From Selaginella moellendorffii (lineage: Eukaryota; Plantae; Lycopodiophyta), in assembly GCF_000143415.4 (NCBI RefSeq), contig NW_003314357.1, forward strand, positions 319,811 through 383,810: DNA of 64,000 bases. Direction: 5' to 3'. A model generated the notes under the pieces. The model was not told the DNA's origin. It worked only from the letters and a program-made list of their open reading frames with translations, and did not search any database. The stretch's first letter is position 1. Every line of letters starts with the position of its first letter. The translations under genes were made by a program, and so were the position numbers. Positions 24,311 through 36,746 of this stretch are shown here, piece by piece.

Positions 24311-26522
24311 CTTTATTATGATTGCAGATGGCTAGTGTTCTCAGGGATGATAGGAGCTGGAGTGTGGAGGCTGCAGCATCCTTGTTACTAGAAGGGCTTG
24401 GGAGCTGCTGCAGCCATACTAGACAAGTTTAGAGGCAAGTGGGTGAGAGGTTGGTGAAGATAGGGCTCAAGCCAGACTATGGACCATTTGTTGCAAGCAC
24501 ATTGCACAAACCAAATGGCATAATTGTGTTTTAAAGTAATCTTCATTAGCCACTAGAGTGAAGATCTAGCTTATAACAGAAATGAGCTCTAGCGCATAAA
24601 ACAAACTTTACAAATTGGATATTCATTTGGATATAGCTACATTCTTAATCATTAAGTTTATTTGCAAGAACCAAAACTGTCGCAAATCTGATTTAGCTGC
24701 GAGCTCTATTGTTGCCTCTGTCCTAGTTGGCCACATCTTGGCATCTATGGCGCCTAAACCACCATGTTAAGTGGCTTTACAATAAAACGCCACACAAGTT
24801 CAGAAAGCCACAATCTTTGGCTCATTGTGGGAGAGAGTTTTTAGTTTAAGGAAAAACCTGGTAGAAAACTTGAAAGAAGACAAAGATCCTTAAAGACGAG
24901 AAAGATAACTCAAATGTATGTAAAATATCAGTGAGTGGTGCAGCTATAGATGCATAATTTGCAACAAATTTACACAGATAATTATAGAGGCCAAGGAAAG
25001 AACTTAGATGCTTAATCAACTAAGGTTCTGGCTAGTTGGAGATTTCTTGGCACTTATCAAGGACTTGAAGAGTCTTCTCCAAGAGGCACAAATGTGGTAT
25101 ATATCATCAGAAACTATAAATCTTGTCATTGCATTATAAATGCACCACATTTTTGTGTTTTTGATGAGTTATGAAATCATAACTACATAGTTTAAGCAAA
25201 CAAAGTGTTTGACTTTTAGAAATTTTGTTTTGGATTGCAGATGCATATACGTAGCATTCACTGCAGAAAAGCGGTGAGACTTGGCACAATGAAGTCAGAT
25301 GTAGGGCTCAGACCAGCAAGGAAGCCCTCACCACTGCTTGCTGCCCACTGTGATTGCTTGGGGAGCTGATCAACGAGTGCCTACAGGAAATCTCCATCAC
25401 TATCATGCCGCAAGCTTGCAACTTAGAGGAGCTCCGATCTCTAGCGGATCCTGCTGATGCCGCATGTGAAGAGAAAGAAGTGGAGGGCAGTGCTCAAGCT
25501 CATGTGCGCCGGGCGGAGTGGAGCCATTGTGTATACACAATCATGCCAATCATATTGGAGCAGGGCATGGAGCTGGTAGACAGATTATGTGGTAGTGGCA
25601 AGGGTAGTTTGAGAATTGAAAGTGAGCATGGAGCTCAATGGTGAGCTTCTACACCAAGTCTCCTACATTTGTAGCTCTGTAAAGGAGATACTATTTTGAA
25701 GACCCTATCCATTGTGTTTTCTTTGAACTTTCCAACGTGAGCATTACAAAGTTGAAATAAAGGTACAAAAGGTCTAAACTCTTAGTATGAAAATGAAATC
25801 TAAGCACATATTTTGATCATTTTTATTAAGATATAAATTTTCATAAATAAGTCAATTAACTATTTGGGAGAAATGCAAGTAGACTTATGTGTCATAGACA
25901 TATGAGGAAAGTGCAGATATAATTTCATTTCAAATGTTGCAGGTGCATATATAATTTACAATCATTCCTTTAAGCCATCAATATAGCCATCTGTTTTAGG
26001 ATGATAAGAAGACACAAAGGACTATTGAAGGTTGAGCCATTGTATTAACACTTTAATAACACTAGAACCCAGGTTAGGATTTTGATTCACTCTCTGTTGC
26101 AAAACCTACCATTTGAATAAGGAATTGTGCAATCAAATTAACTAGTACATCTGGCAAACACAGACTTCAATCCACCAAGTGAGGAAATTAGAGCTAATAA
26201 TTCTAAGAAAAGCACCATCAAGTTTTATATAACCAATTCAAATGGATAGGAAACTTGTACACATCTTGATATTATATGCAAACCTTTATAATATCAGATA
26301 TAGAATTACCATGGAAGACATATATAAATATTAATTGATGTAGCATGTTGGTGCTAGTGAACAATATCACTTATCACCATCATTAACATGTATCCTCTAA
26401 GATCAATGAGCACCATTTAGTGTTCAACCAAAACTTATAATCTTCCAAAATACATCTTATAATTATGTATTATTATTTGATAAAGAAAACAATAAAGAAA
26501 CACCAGAGCCACCCAGTCTTTG

Positions 26523-26659
26523 CATCCAAAAGATGTTTGTACCACCCACCAACCAAAGAACTTACCCTTAATGGTCTAGTCTCTCACTTCCCATCCAAAA
26601 GATGTTTATACCACCCACCAACCAAAGAACCTACCCTTAATGATCTAGTCTCTCACTCC
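26523..26659 (+). repeat. 69-bp direct tandem duplication
   Basis: CATCCAAAAGATGTTT...TCTAGTCTCTCACT begins at 26523 and again at 26592. Confidence 0.9.
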
Positions 26660-26964
26660 ATGCATTCTTGTGCTCTCAACTTGAATTCTTGTGCTCTAGC
26701 AAGCATTCAATTGGCAATCTTCCATGGATTCTTCTCTTGCAAATTTGAAGACCTCTCACTTCAAAGAATACTCTGTTGGAGACAATTAACATGATCCAAA
26801 AGCTATTGCCATGAGACTTTCGCATTAAAGTCACAATCCAGGACTACTAACCGGCTGTGGGACGAAGTTCAAAGGCCATCCAGGCCTCCTAGAAATCACT
26901 TACCCTTGGACTTAGTATAAAGCTATGCCGGCCCTAAGGGTTTAGGGCTTAGGGCTTTTCGGCT

Positions 26965-27837
26965 ATGGCGTCACGTGTTCTTGGGCGACGCCTCGGAAGC
27001 TATGCCGTTGCGAGATTTCTTCCCGCAGTGGCAGCTCCCAGGCACTCGCTCGCCCTCACCCGTTCCATCCCGCTCGCAGCGCTAGCATCGTCATCGTCAG
27101 CCCGAGCTTTTGGCTCCAAATCCTCTTCCGGCGACAGTGGCCTCTTGAAGGTTCTCAAGTCGGAGATTGAGCACGAGAAAGGCGAGAACGAAGGCGGGGT
27201 GAGCAAACTGTTTTGTCTTCGGTGCGTTATCTTTCCTTGTGTTCTTGCTCTAGGATATCAAGGTGAAGCCACCGTCGCCTTTCACGCTCCACAACGAGAG
27301 CGGGAGGCAAGAGGTGATCCTCCGCCGCTCCTACAACTCGGAGGACATCGCAGTGACGTGCCTGTTCCGCGTCTCGCCTTACGATGAGCCGGAGGAGGAA
27401 GAGGAGAGCGAGGAGGACGAGCCCGACACTCCAGTTTCCCAGGAGGAGATCCATATGGTGGTCACCATCGCCAAGGGAGGCGATGGCCCGTCGCTGGAGA
27501 TAAGCTGTACGTGCTCGCAGGGCGAGATCGAGATCGAGAAGATCTCGTATCTGGATGACGAGTCGAGCAAGGACGACGAGCTTGCTTACACCGGCCCAGT
27601 CTTCGGGTAAGTCCCTCGATCTTGGTGATCTTGGTCGTTTGATCTGCTGCGAACGTTTTCGTTTCCAGGGAATTGGATGAGAACCTCCAGAAGCAGTTTA
27701 CCAAGTACCTGGAGGCCCGAGGCATCAACGAGGAGCTGTGTAACTTCCTTGTCAACTACATGCCGGAGAAGGAACGCCAGGAGTACATTCGTTGGCTGGA
27801 GAAGATTGAGAAGTTCGTGAAAAAGGAGGCCAAGTAG
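26965..27837 (+). CDS. Mitochondrial glycoprotein (MAM33/C1QBP family), 3 exons
   Basis: Presequence, LLKVLKSEIEHE, YTGPVFGELDENLQ..F..YLEARGI...KERQEYIRWLEKI. Exons 26965-27198, 27254-27606, 27669-27837. Telo-box TAGGGTTT upstream. Confidence 0.93.
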
Positions 27838-27901
27838 TATCATAGCGCTCACCGTATGAAACAGATTTTCTTAGGTAGTTCTTGCCTGATTTTTGTTGTT
27901 C

Positions 27902-29072
27902 TTAAGAAAGAGGGCGACGCTGAGGATCCAGCTCCACGCTCTCTAGTTGGAGGCTGGGCGAGGTCGGAAGTTGTTGCTCGGCTTTGAGTTCCATCTCTTG
28001 GAGAGCTCTCCGGCCGTAGGCCGTGAGTGAGACCCCGGCTGCCAGTGCCACGCAGAAGCCCACGACGTTGTAAGTGATCTCCACAGCGTTCATGTGTCGC
28101 TTGGCGTGCTTGGCGTCGGCCAAACTCTTGAGTAGCCTCCCACTGCGAAGAAAAGCTTGTTAGATCCTCCACACGTAAACGAAAAGTGAGAGCTTTTTAC
28201 CTGTAGATGGTGATGAAGGCTTCTGGGACCATTCCAGCGATGGAGCCGGCGATGTAAGGCCAGAACTCGATGTTGGTCGCGGCGATGGCGTAGTTGAAGA
28301 GCGTGTAAGGGATCGGGGCGACTCGGAGGAGCGTCACAGTGCGGAACTGGTGGAACCAGCCACCGGATTCAGCAGCTCTCAGCACGGCAGCCTTTCGTGG
28401 CCACTTTGAAAGCCATTCCTGCCAAGGGAAGCCAAAGCCAGGAAAGTTTAGATCAATCGAAAGATAATGAAAAACAGTGCTTGACAAAGACGAAGGAGCA
28501 AACAGAAGAAATGAAATGGTTGCTTACTTGGATGCGGTGATGGAAGAGGTAGTGGCCGACGAAGTATGGGAGCGTTTGGCCGATGGTCGTGCCAACCATG
28601 ATGATAATGAAGCCGATTCCATATCCAAAGATGATGCCGGACAACCACATCGGGGGCCCGGATGGAATGAGCAAGACCGGGAAGATGGAGAGAGCCGCCA
28701 TGAGCACCAGGGCCAGCTGATGCCGCTTGAATCGTGACGCTACCCACACCAGCACCGGGATTACGATCTGGCGAGAGGAGAAAGAAGAGGCTTTAGAAGA
28801 AATTTCCCCTGCCGTGAGAGAAGAAGACCGAAATTTCGGGCCGGATCGACCGTAGGACTCGGTCGATGGATGAGACTGACCTTGTCGAGCAGCAGCGGCA
28901 GGATCCAGATCGCAAACACGATGCTTAGAGCCACGCCCAGAGCGGCGATTCCGATGATCTTGATCCACCGCCATTTCGTCTTCCTATGTCTGGGCAGCAG
29001 CGGTGCGGGCACCAGATCCACGACCTCGAATTCGTCGATCTCAGCCTCTTCCATCCGCCGGGCCTCCCCCAT
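27902..29072 (-). CDS. SNARE-associated Golgi (TVP38/TMEM64/DedA family) membrane protein, multi-exon
   Basis: [51 protein letters not shown] motifs in spliced exons. Confidence 0.92.
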
Positions 29073-29135
29073 TCTTTCTTCTCGGGGAGTGGTTCTTGGA
29101 AGAACCCTAAAAAATATTTCTCTGGAAGGAACTAG

Positions 29136-30118
29136 ATGGTGATTCTTTCGCCGCCTTCCTGCTGCGATTACCAATGCGGCAGACGCATCGCCTTGCTCGC
29201 CGCCACAGCTGCCGCGGCATCGTCGACTCTTGCCGCCTCCGCCACTCCTTCGATCGATCTTGTTGACACGAGCATCACCGATCGAGTGTTCTTCAATCTG
29301 GGGCTATGCCAGAGCAGCAACACGCCCGCGGGGGGCCGGCCGGCGTGCAGCGATTCCGATTCGCAGCCCCTTGGCCGTGTCGTGATCGGCCTCTACGGCA
29401 ATCAAGTGCCACACACAACCCGATTGATCAAGGCCATGGCCACCGGCGCGGCGGGGAGCTCCTACCAAGGCACGGTCTTCCACAAGGTGATCCAGGGCCG
29501 CTACATCCAAGCCGGGCACCAGGGATCCAAAGAGAAGGGCGAGGTTTCTCCGCCATCGCCAGATTATCTGGAATCCAACCCCGACACGGTCAGTCCCAGA
29601 TCTTTCCTCCTCCGCCACAGCCGCCCAGGAACGGTGTCGCTGTGCCTGGCCGAGAACGACGACGACGAATCCATCCGGCTCAATCCGGATTATCGCAACG
29701 TCCAGTTCATGATCACCACAGGCACGATAATCTTCTTCTCTTCCTTTCATTGAGATCGATCTTGCATGGCTTCTCGGTTTCTTTGCTCTTGTGTTCTTTG
29801 CCAGGCCCAGGCCCAGCTCCCGACCTGGACAATCGAAACATCGTGTTTGGAACTGTTCTTCAAGGTAAAAACTCCTCTCTCTTTTTCTCTCTCTCTAGGA
29901 GATCTCTTGGGCTCGGTGAGGTGGCAATTTTCTTTGCAGGGATTGATATCGTGGCATCGATCGCAGCCATGCCGACTTTCAAACCCAGCGACCGAGTCCG
30001 CGAGTTTAACAACATCGCCCAGATCTTGGGCGACGTCCGTGCTAGCAATGCCAGGAGTTCTTGGTACAGGCCCGTCAAGCCTGTGCTCATCACTAGCTGT
30101 GGAGAGGAACTCCAATAA
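29136..30118 (+). CDS. CYP28: Chloroplast lumen cyclophilin CYP28-like, 3 exons
   Basis: RR plus Ala-rich signal, ITDRVF, LGRVVIGLYG, HSRPGTVSLCL.ENDDD, ITTGPGPAPDLDNRNIVFGTVL. Introns 29722-29804 (GC-AG) and 29865-29939. Confidence 0.9.
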
Positions 30119-30177
30119 GAGTTTCAATCAACAGAGCTCTCTCGATGTTTGACACACGAGTACTTTGAGGTGAACTG

Positions 30178-32367
30178 CTAGCTCCCAGCCCTTCCGCCAG
30201 CTCGCTCGAGAACTTTGCAGCTTTGGTCCACCATTCCAGCTCTTCTATACACGTTGGCCATGACAACGTAGGCTCCAGCGTCCCTGTCGTTCAGCTTGAT
30301 CATCGACTCGAACGCCATCTCCGCGATGCTCACGTTTCTCCACTTCTCCGACGCTCCCAGCACCGAGGCCCACACTGTGGAGTCGGGCTCGAAAGGCATC
30401 CTCTCCACCACCGCCACCGCCTCGTCCAGATGGTTTCCACGGCCCAGGAGATCCACCAGGCAGGTGTAGTGCAACATGTTTGGAGAGATCCCGAACTTGG
30501 TGCTCATGAGCTCGAAGAACTCCCGGCCTTTGTCGACCAGCCCCGCGTGGCTGCAAGCCGTGAGCAGCGAGAAGAAAGTCACGCCATTCACTTGGACACG
30601 CTCGCGCAGCATTTGCTCGAAGAGATCCAACACGCTGCTCGTGTCTCCCGCGTGGCTGTGAGCTTCCAGCAGCGAGTTCCAAGTCACCAGATCCTTGCTG
30701 CCTCGATCCATGGAGTGGAAGACTTGGCGAGCTTCGTCCACGCTCCCGCACTTGCCATAGAAGCTGACGAGCGAGCTCCCAACGACGGGGTCGTGCCTGT
30801 GGACTGATCCAATCTCCTTGGCGTGGATCTTCCTCCCGGTTTCCAGGTCCCCCAGGCTTCCACAGGCCTTGAGCACCGCGGCAAAAGTTAGAGTGTCAGC
30901 TCTCACGGTGCTCTCGCGTTTCATCCGGCAGAAGAGCTCCACTGCCAGCCTCGCATCGCCACTCTCGGCGTAGCCGAAGATGAGAGCGTTCCAGGACACG
31001 ACCGTGCGGCTCGGCATCCTCTCAAACACCTCTCGAGCGCTTTGCAAGCTTCCACACTTGGCGTACATGTTGACGAGGCTGTTCGCCACCTTTGCCTCGA
31101 GCTCGCCTCCATGGCTCCTCTGGACGATTTGCGAGTGGATCTCCATTCCCTTTTCCAAGCACAGAGCTTTCACTCCATCGCTGCTACCATCGAAGCTTGC
31201 ACAGGCCTTGAGAGCGGCCACGAAAGTCCGAGCATCCGGGACGACTGGAATCAACGCCATCTCCGAGAAGAGCTCTAGCGCAGCTCGGCCATCGCCACAC
31301 TCGGCATAGCCAAGGATCATACAGTTCCAAGATACGAGATCTCGAGCAGCCATCCTATCGAAGACTCCCCTCATCTCCTCCAAGCTCCCACACTTGGCGT
31401 ACATCCTCAGCAGCGAGTTTGCGACGAGCATCTCCATCTCGAGCCGGGATTTTGCTACTTGAGAGTGGAGGAGCTTGGCCTTTCGCAGCGACACCACTTT
31501 CACGACCTTCCCGGCTAGAAGCACGCCTCGTTCTCTCTCGGCACTCGTTGAGCAAGCCTTGAAAGCCGCGGCATAAGTCACGGAGTTGGGAGCGATCCCT
31601 TCGACTTGCATGAGCGATAGCAAGCGCAAAACCAGATCGAGCTCGCCAATCTCGCCATAGCCGGAGATGAGAGACGTCCACGAGATCACGTCGTGGTATT
31701 GCATTCGATCAAAAACTCGCTGCGCCTCTCGCAAGCTCCCACACTTTGCATACATATGGATCAAGGAATTGAGAAGTATCAAGTCCATCGCGAATCCTCT
31801 CCTCGCTACTGTCAAGTGAACGAACACTCCCTTGTCTAGAAACCACCGAAGATCATATGATACTCCAAGAAACTTTCCTTGAATCTGGTAAGCTTGGATG
31901 GTTTCTTCCAGTTCTTCTTTCTCGCTATGAATCTCCAAGCTTGCACAGAGAGCCTTGAGAACCGCGACGTAGCTGAGAGAATTGGGCTCTATGTTCCGCG
32001 ATTGCATGGTCGAGAGCAGGTGAAGAGCCGAGTGGGCATCTCCAATCTGGGCATAGCCAAACATGAGAGAGTTCCACGACACAACGTCGTGGCTGGGCAT
32101 TGAATCAAACACGCGGTGAGCATCCTCCAGGCTGCCACACTTTGCGTACATTCGGACCAGAGTGTTAGAGACTTTGGTGTGGAGCTCGCAGCTATGGCGG
32201 TGGAGGAGGAGGCTGGAGTGGAGTCTCTTACCAGCATCGAGGTCTCCATTGTTGCCGCATGCCTTGAGAGCCGAGATGATGGCGGTGATGGAAATGGTGG
32301 GCTTTGCTCCAGCCTCGCAAATCTCATCGCAGCTCGGCACTACTGTGTTCTCGTGCCACAGTGACAT
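30178..32367 (-). CDS. PLS-class PPR protein, E-type, no DYW; intronless, 729 aa
   Basis: Repeated NSLxxMYAKCGSL / VSWNxxIxGYA triplets, HYTCLVDLLGRG and an E-motif tail; some L motifs carry inserted segments. Confidence 0.94.
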   Translation of the reverse strand: MSLWHENTVVPSCDEICEAGAKPTISITAIISALKACGNNGDLDAGKRLHSSLLLHRHSCELHTKVSNTLVRMYAKCGSLEDAHRVFDSMPSHDVVSWNSLMFGYAQIGDAHSALHLLSTMQSRNIEPNSLSYVAVLKALCASLEIHSEKEELEETIQAYQIQGKFLGVSYDLRWFLDKGVFVHLTVARRGFAMDLILLNSLIHMYAKCGSLREAQRVFDRMQYHDVISWTSLISGYGEIGELDLVLRLLSLMQVEGIAPNSVTYAAAFKACSTSAERERGVLLAGKVVKVVSLRKAKLLHSQVAKSRLEMEMLVANSLLRMYAKCGSLEEMRGVFDRMAARDLVSWNCMILGYAECGDGRAALELFSEMALIPVVPDARTFVAALKACASFDGSSDGVKALCLEKGMEIHSQIVQRSHGGELEAKVANSLVNMYAKCGSLQSAREVFERMPSRTVVSWNALIFGYAESGDARLAVELFCRMKRESTVRADTLTFAAVLKACGSLGDLETGRKIHAKEIGSVHRHDPVVGSSLVSFYGKCGSVDEARQVFHSMDRGSKDLVTWNSLLEAHSHAGDTSSVLDLFEQMLRERVQVNGVTFFSLLTACSHAGLVDKGREFFELMSTKFGISPNMLHYTCLVDLLGRGNHLDEAVAVVERMPFEPDSTVWASVLGASEKWRNVSIAEMAFESMIKLNDRDAGAYVVMANVYRRAGMVDQSCKVLERAGGRAGS

Positions 32368-32539
32368 TTAAGATCTTGTTTTTTAGAGATGCCAAATGTA
32401 GGCAACAAATATAAGCATCTTTATAATTTATAAACACAAATTAATCTTACTGCATGTGTTTGGTATTGGTTTGTGCAATTTTTTAAAAAATATATAAAAT
32501 AGTAATGTTAAGAAAATGTTATATAATGTTTTCCTTCTG

Positions 32540-32574
<35 letters not shown>

Positions 32575-32585
32575 CACACACACAC
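32540..32585 (+). repeat. Compound (AT)n(AC)n microsatellite
   Basis: Directly visible; a similar (GT)n(AT)n tract lies at 23220-23251. Confidence 0.9.
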
Positions 32586-32816
32586 TATAAAAGATAGTAA
32601 AACATTATTATATTCCCAAAGTGAAAAAGAGGTATAACTTAGTAAATATTATTAATAAAGATATTAGATGCAAAGCACTACTTAGGAATATATTTAGAAT
32701 ACTAAGATTTTAAGAAATCTAATACCCAACTCAATAAAAAGTAAAAAAAAAAAATTTGTTAAGTATAAATTAATTTTAGTTATTAGATGCAGAATATGAA
32801 TATATTTAATACACTC

Positions 32817-33170
32817 CTAGATAAAATAAATTGCTACGCATTGCATGTAGCAACTCTTGGTTTGCTTAATAGTAACATTATTCTTACTTATTAATCCAAT
32901 TGATCAAATAAAATTTATAATTATAAGCATGTCTATAATTTATAAGCACAAGATAAATCTTATTGCATATCAACCATTAGATGATAGAATAAAAAACAAA
33001 TACTAGAAAGGGTTTAAGAAAGTTTATAAATTATAAAAATGTTTATAAATTATAAATACAAAATTAATCTAAATGAATAACAACCGTTAGATGGTAAAAT
33101 ATCCTAGAATATCTAAGCATATTCTAGGTATATTCACTACCATCTCAGTCCCCCTACAGATTTGCTTAAG
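32817..33170 (-). mobile_element. Helitron-like non-autonomous repeat, 3' end, copy 2
   Basis: On minus: hairpin TTGCTACATGCAATGCGTAGCAA (32853-32831), 10 nt, then CTAG (32820-32817). A short third fragment lies at about 32412-32455. Confidence 0.65.
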
Positions 33171-34225
33171 AAAATTAAAAAGAAAAAGATAAAAACAAAT
33201 TTTTTTAATTAAATATAAGATATAAACAAATTTAAAATACTAAGACATTAAGAAAATATGAGGTTTAAGTGTATAGCTACAATGCTATATACTAATATTA
33301 GTTTAGTGGGATTTTGATAGCCATCAAATTAATTTCAATATAGACTATTTACTTCTCTATATAAGTTAGAGTTTTTAAGCTAATTAAATATATATATTTC
33401 TGTATTTTATGCACTCCTATTGGTGGAGTTGAAGGGTAGTTCTATTTCAAGTGCTTAATTTTATGCTTTTGGTTTAAATCTAACTTTTGCATTGTTTAGA
33501 CTTTTGTTTTTATTCTTGTAGTTTTTTTTTTCTATTTCTTCTTTTTTCCTTTTTTTCTTTCTGTTCTTTTTCATGGCAAAGCAATAGCTTCATCCTCCTT
33601 TGATTTTGGAGCAATAATTAGTACAATTGTTCAATGTTATATAGTTATAATTGAATAATTAAACTTAATTGATAGTAGGCATTCATAGGGCATGTGCACC
33701 TCTTTTTGCTCTTGTTGCCAATCTTTGTGTTCGGTTGGAGTTCCTTTATGAGAAGTTTGAGGACAAAAGGTCAAATACGAATGAGAACATATATATTTGA
33801 AATAATAACTAACACTACCATTAATAAAAGTTAGAATAACCCAAGGAATTAAGGGTGTACTCAAAGGATGAGTTGATGTTCTCATTATATAGGAGGATAA
33901 TTCAAAGGGGTGAAAACAGCACATATAACTTTACAATAATTGCCATTTATCATTTTTGGGATGATACTCTGTGTTTAAATAAGCTTTTCATATGTTTTGA
34001 AAGAAAAATATTGCAATGGTACAATGGTTTGAGTATAGCTACCATATGGATTGGAGTTTTTTTCTAAATGTTTTTAAACACATATTTGGATATACTAATG
34101 ATTGTGATGATGTCTTCCACCATTTACATCATTTTCATCAAGGATTATTTAAGTCAATTATACAATTTAGTATTCAGTTCAAGAGCCTTTTATTTCATGT
34201 GGAGCCAAATATGTTAGAGTGGATC

Positions 34226-35230
34226 TGTAGTGCATGTAATCATAGGATGAGATTTATATATACTGTCACCGTGGATCTTTGAAACCTTGGGAAATTAATA
34301 GGGATAAAATAGCCAGTAAGGGCTCTCTCATCAAGCAATTGCCCTTTTTCCAATTGGATTAAAGGGAGAGAGATAAGGTGTGCTACAGTTGATATCAGAG
34401 CAAATGGCATGGGTTTGATTCTCATTGATTAGTGGCTACTTAAAAATATAATATACCCTTGAGCAAGGTATATTCCTATCCCTAAATTGAAATCATACAT
34501 ATTGGGCACCATGCATACATCCTTCCTTTTGTGTGGAGTATCCATGGATGAAGGTATCCACCGTAGGACTGCGGTACGGGTGGATGACTAGTTGCCTCAT
34601 ATGGAATAACTAGTCTACACAATGGAAGGATTGGTATATTCAATGTGGAAATGGAGGTGCTGTTCCCCTTGGCTTAGTAGGGGTTGTTAGTCAATAATTA
34701 ATGAGGACATTGACATCTTTGAAGGGGGGGTGAGTGTAACACTTGTGATCATGGGATGAGATTTGGATATACTGTCACTGTGGTTCCAAAGGGCTCAGTA
34801 GGCATGGTTCCAAAGGGCTTAATAGGGGTTGTTAGTCAATATTCAATAAAGACATTGACATCTCTAAAGTGGGGGTGAGTGTAATGCATGTGATCATGGG
34901 ATGAGATTTAGATATACTAACATTGACATCTCTGAAAGGGGGGTGAATGTAACACATGTAATCATGGGATGAGATTTGGATATACTGTCACCGTGGTTCT
35001 AAGGGGCTTAGTAAGGGTTGTTAGTCAATAGTCAATGAGGACATTGACATCTTTGAAGTGGGGGTGAGTGTAGTGCATGTGATCATGGGATGAGATTTAG
35101 ATATACTGTCACCGTGGATCCATAGAACTTTAGGGGATAAATGGGAATAAAATAACCACTAAGGGCTCTCTCATCAAGCAATTGCCCCTTTTTTAGTTAA
35201 CTTAAGGGGAGAGAGATAAGGTGTGCTACA
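34226..35230 (+). mobile_element. TRIM family B, copy 1, with internal tandem PPT/LTR-start repeats
   Basis: 162-bp LTRs at 34226-34387 and 35069-35230 (TGTAG...CTACA), tRNA-Met-type PBS TGATATCAGAGC, PPT, perfect TSD GGATC, no ORF. Confidence 0.92.
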
Positions 35231-35424
35231 GGATCAAATTGGGAATGTTGTAACTAATGTTTCATCAAGATATTGTAGGACTTATGCATACATTTGCTTT
35301 AACCACCTTTGACAACGCTCTTTGATTGGCACAATAATATAAGATATTACTTCTTCCATTTATCATTGTATATACTTTTGCTTTACTTTTTATGGGAGAT
35401 GATTTTATTTTGATGGAGATTGAC

Positions 35425-36534
35425 TATTATAAATGTGACTGTAGGTATCAAAAATTACCTATCAGTTAGTCCTTCTAGATATTCTTTCTTTATTGTCACA
35501 ACAAGAGGAAGTTAGTATTTTTGGTTCCCTTTTTAGCCCCTCTTGTTCAAATGTTAGTAAATTGGGTTTAACATCTGTACTTAGTCAAATGAACATAAGT
35601 TAGGAGCTTCTATGTGTTTCTTGCTAAGCATACTCAACTTAACTTTTAATTCTCTTTTGTTTTATTTTACACTAGTTTGACAAGAACCCTCACATATTGA
35701 GACTAGTATCTTAATATTGTTAAATAATAGCTTGTTGTGTCTACTAAACACCCTTGGTATTATGCCCTATATATTGGTCCTGTTTAGTTTCATTAGCTAT
35801 TTATGAAAAGTGTTTAGATTTGTTAATTTGGTATATCTATAGAATGTAGAGATTGTCTTGAACATAATGGTGTTAGTCCTTTGTCCAAATTTACAATTTA
35901 ACACCATTCCATATTTAATAAGTTTCAAGTTTGTTCCAAAGATTAATTCCTAGTACTAAGGGTGAAAACCCAAAGTGTGCATTCGTCAAGGGGGAAGGGG
36001 TTGTAAAGGGTTCCAAATATATAGTAAGGATAGTAGGTAGATAAGGAATGGCTAATCAACCTGAGGTATAGTTTAATTTTCACTTGTGTGTTTGTCCTTG
36101 TTTTATGTTTAGCTTGGGTCTAAGCCCAAGTTCTATAGTATGCTAGTTAGTGGAGTACCCATATCCTTATGTTAAACCATCGGTATGCTGAAATAACATT
36201 AAACTTTATTTGGCACCATTTTGTGTGCTGGTGCTAGCATTGGGATGTTGAAAACTCTAGGACTGTTTTAACATCACTCCATACACTTGTCCCTTTACTC
36301 TTTTGTCTGAACACTTAAGAGTCACTCCGTATTCTAGTTCCTTCGCTCTTTGGCTACAAGCTTGGAAGTTTGGTTCTGTTCCTTTGTTTCCTAAGGCCCT
36401 AAAACTTAGATTCCACTCTGCTAACCTTGGATATGTAGCATATGACATATGGTATATGAAGATTTAGGTTCTGCTTCATGTTTATTTTATAGTAAATCAC
36501 TATAGAATAAAGGGTGAAAACCAAATGCGTTACA
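35425..36534 (+). mobile_element. Degenerate solo LTR, family A
   Basis: Collinear with 44330-45466 along its length; ends TGCGTTACA; TSD TTGAC/TTGAT. Confidence 0.8.
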
Positions 36535-36746
36535 TTGATGCTGTTATTGCCTATGTTTAAGGATAAGAGTAAAGGACGTGGTTGTGCCCATGATGTTTAC
36601 TATTGAGCATATAATGACATTGGCCATATGTATTAGCATTATCGGCATTTTTTGGATTGGTATCCTTCATTTCAAGGGTGGAGGCCTTGATATTAATAAG
36701 TGTTATTATTGTGGAAGATCTTGATATAAAGATTCTTCTAGGAAAT

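Noticed and set aside
24580-25650. Exon-like, moderately GC-rich segments including a 96-codon ORF
   Set aside because: Stops are frequent and I recognise no family; could be a decayed gene or TE, needs BLASTX.
34670-35110. CRISPR-like repeat array
   Set aside because: Eukaryotic context; units are duplicated TRIM PPT/LTR junctions with no unique spacers.
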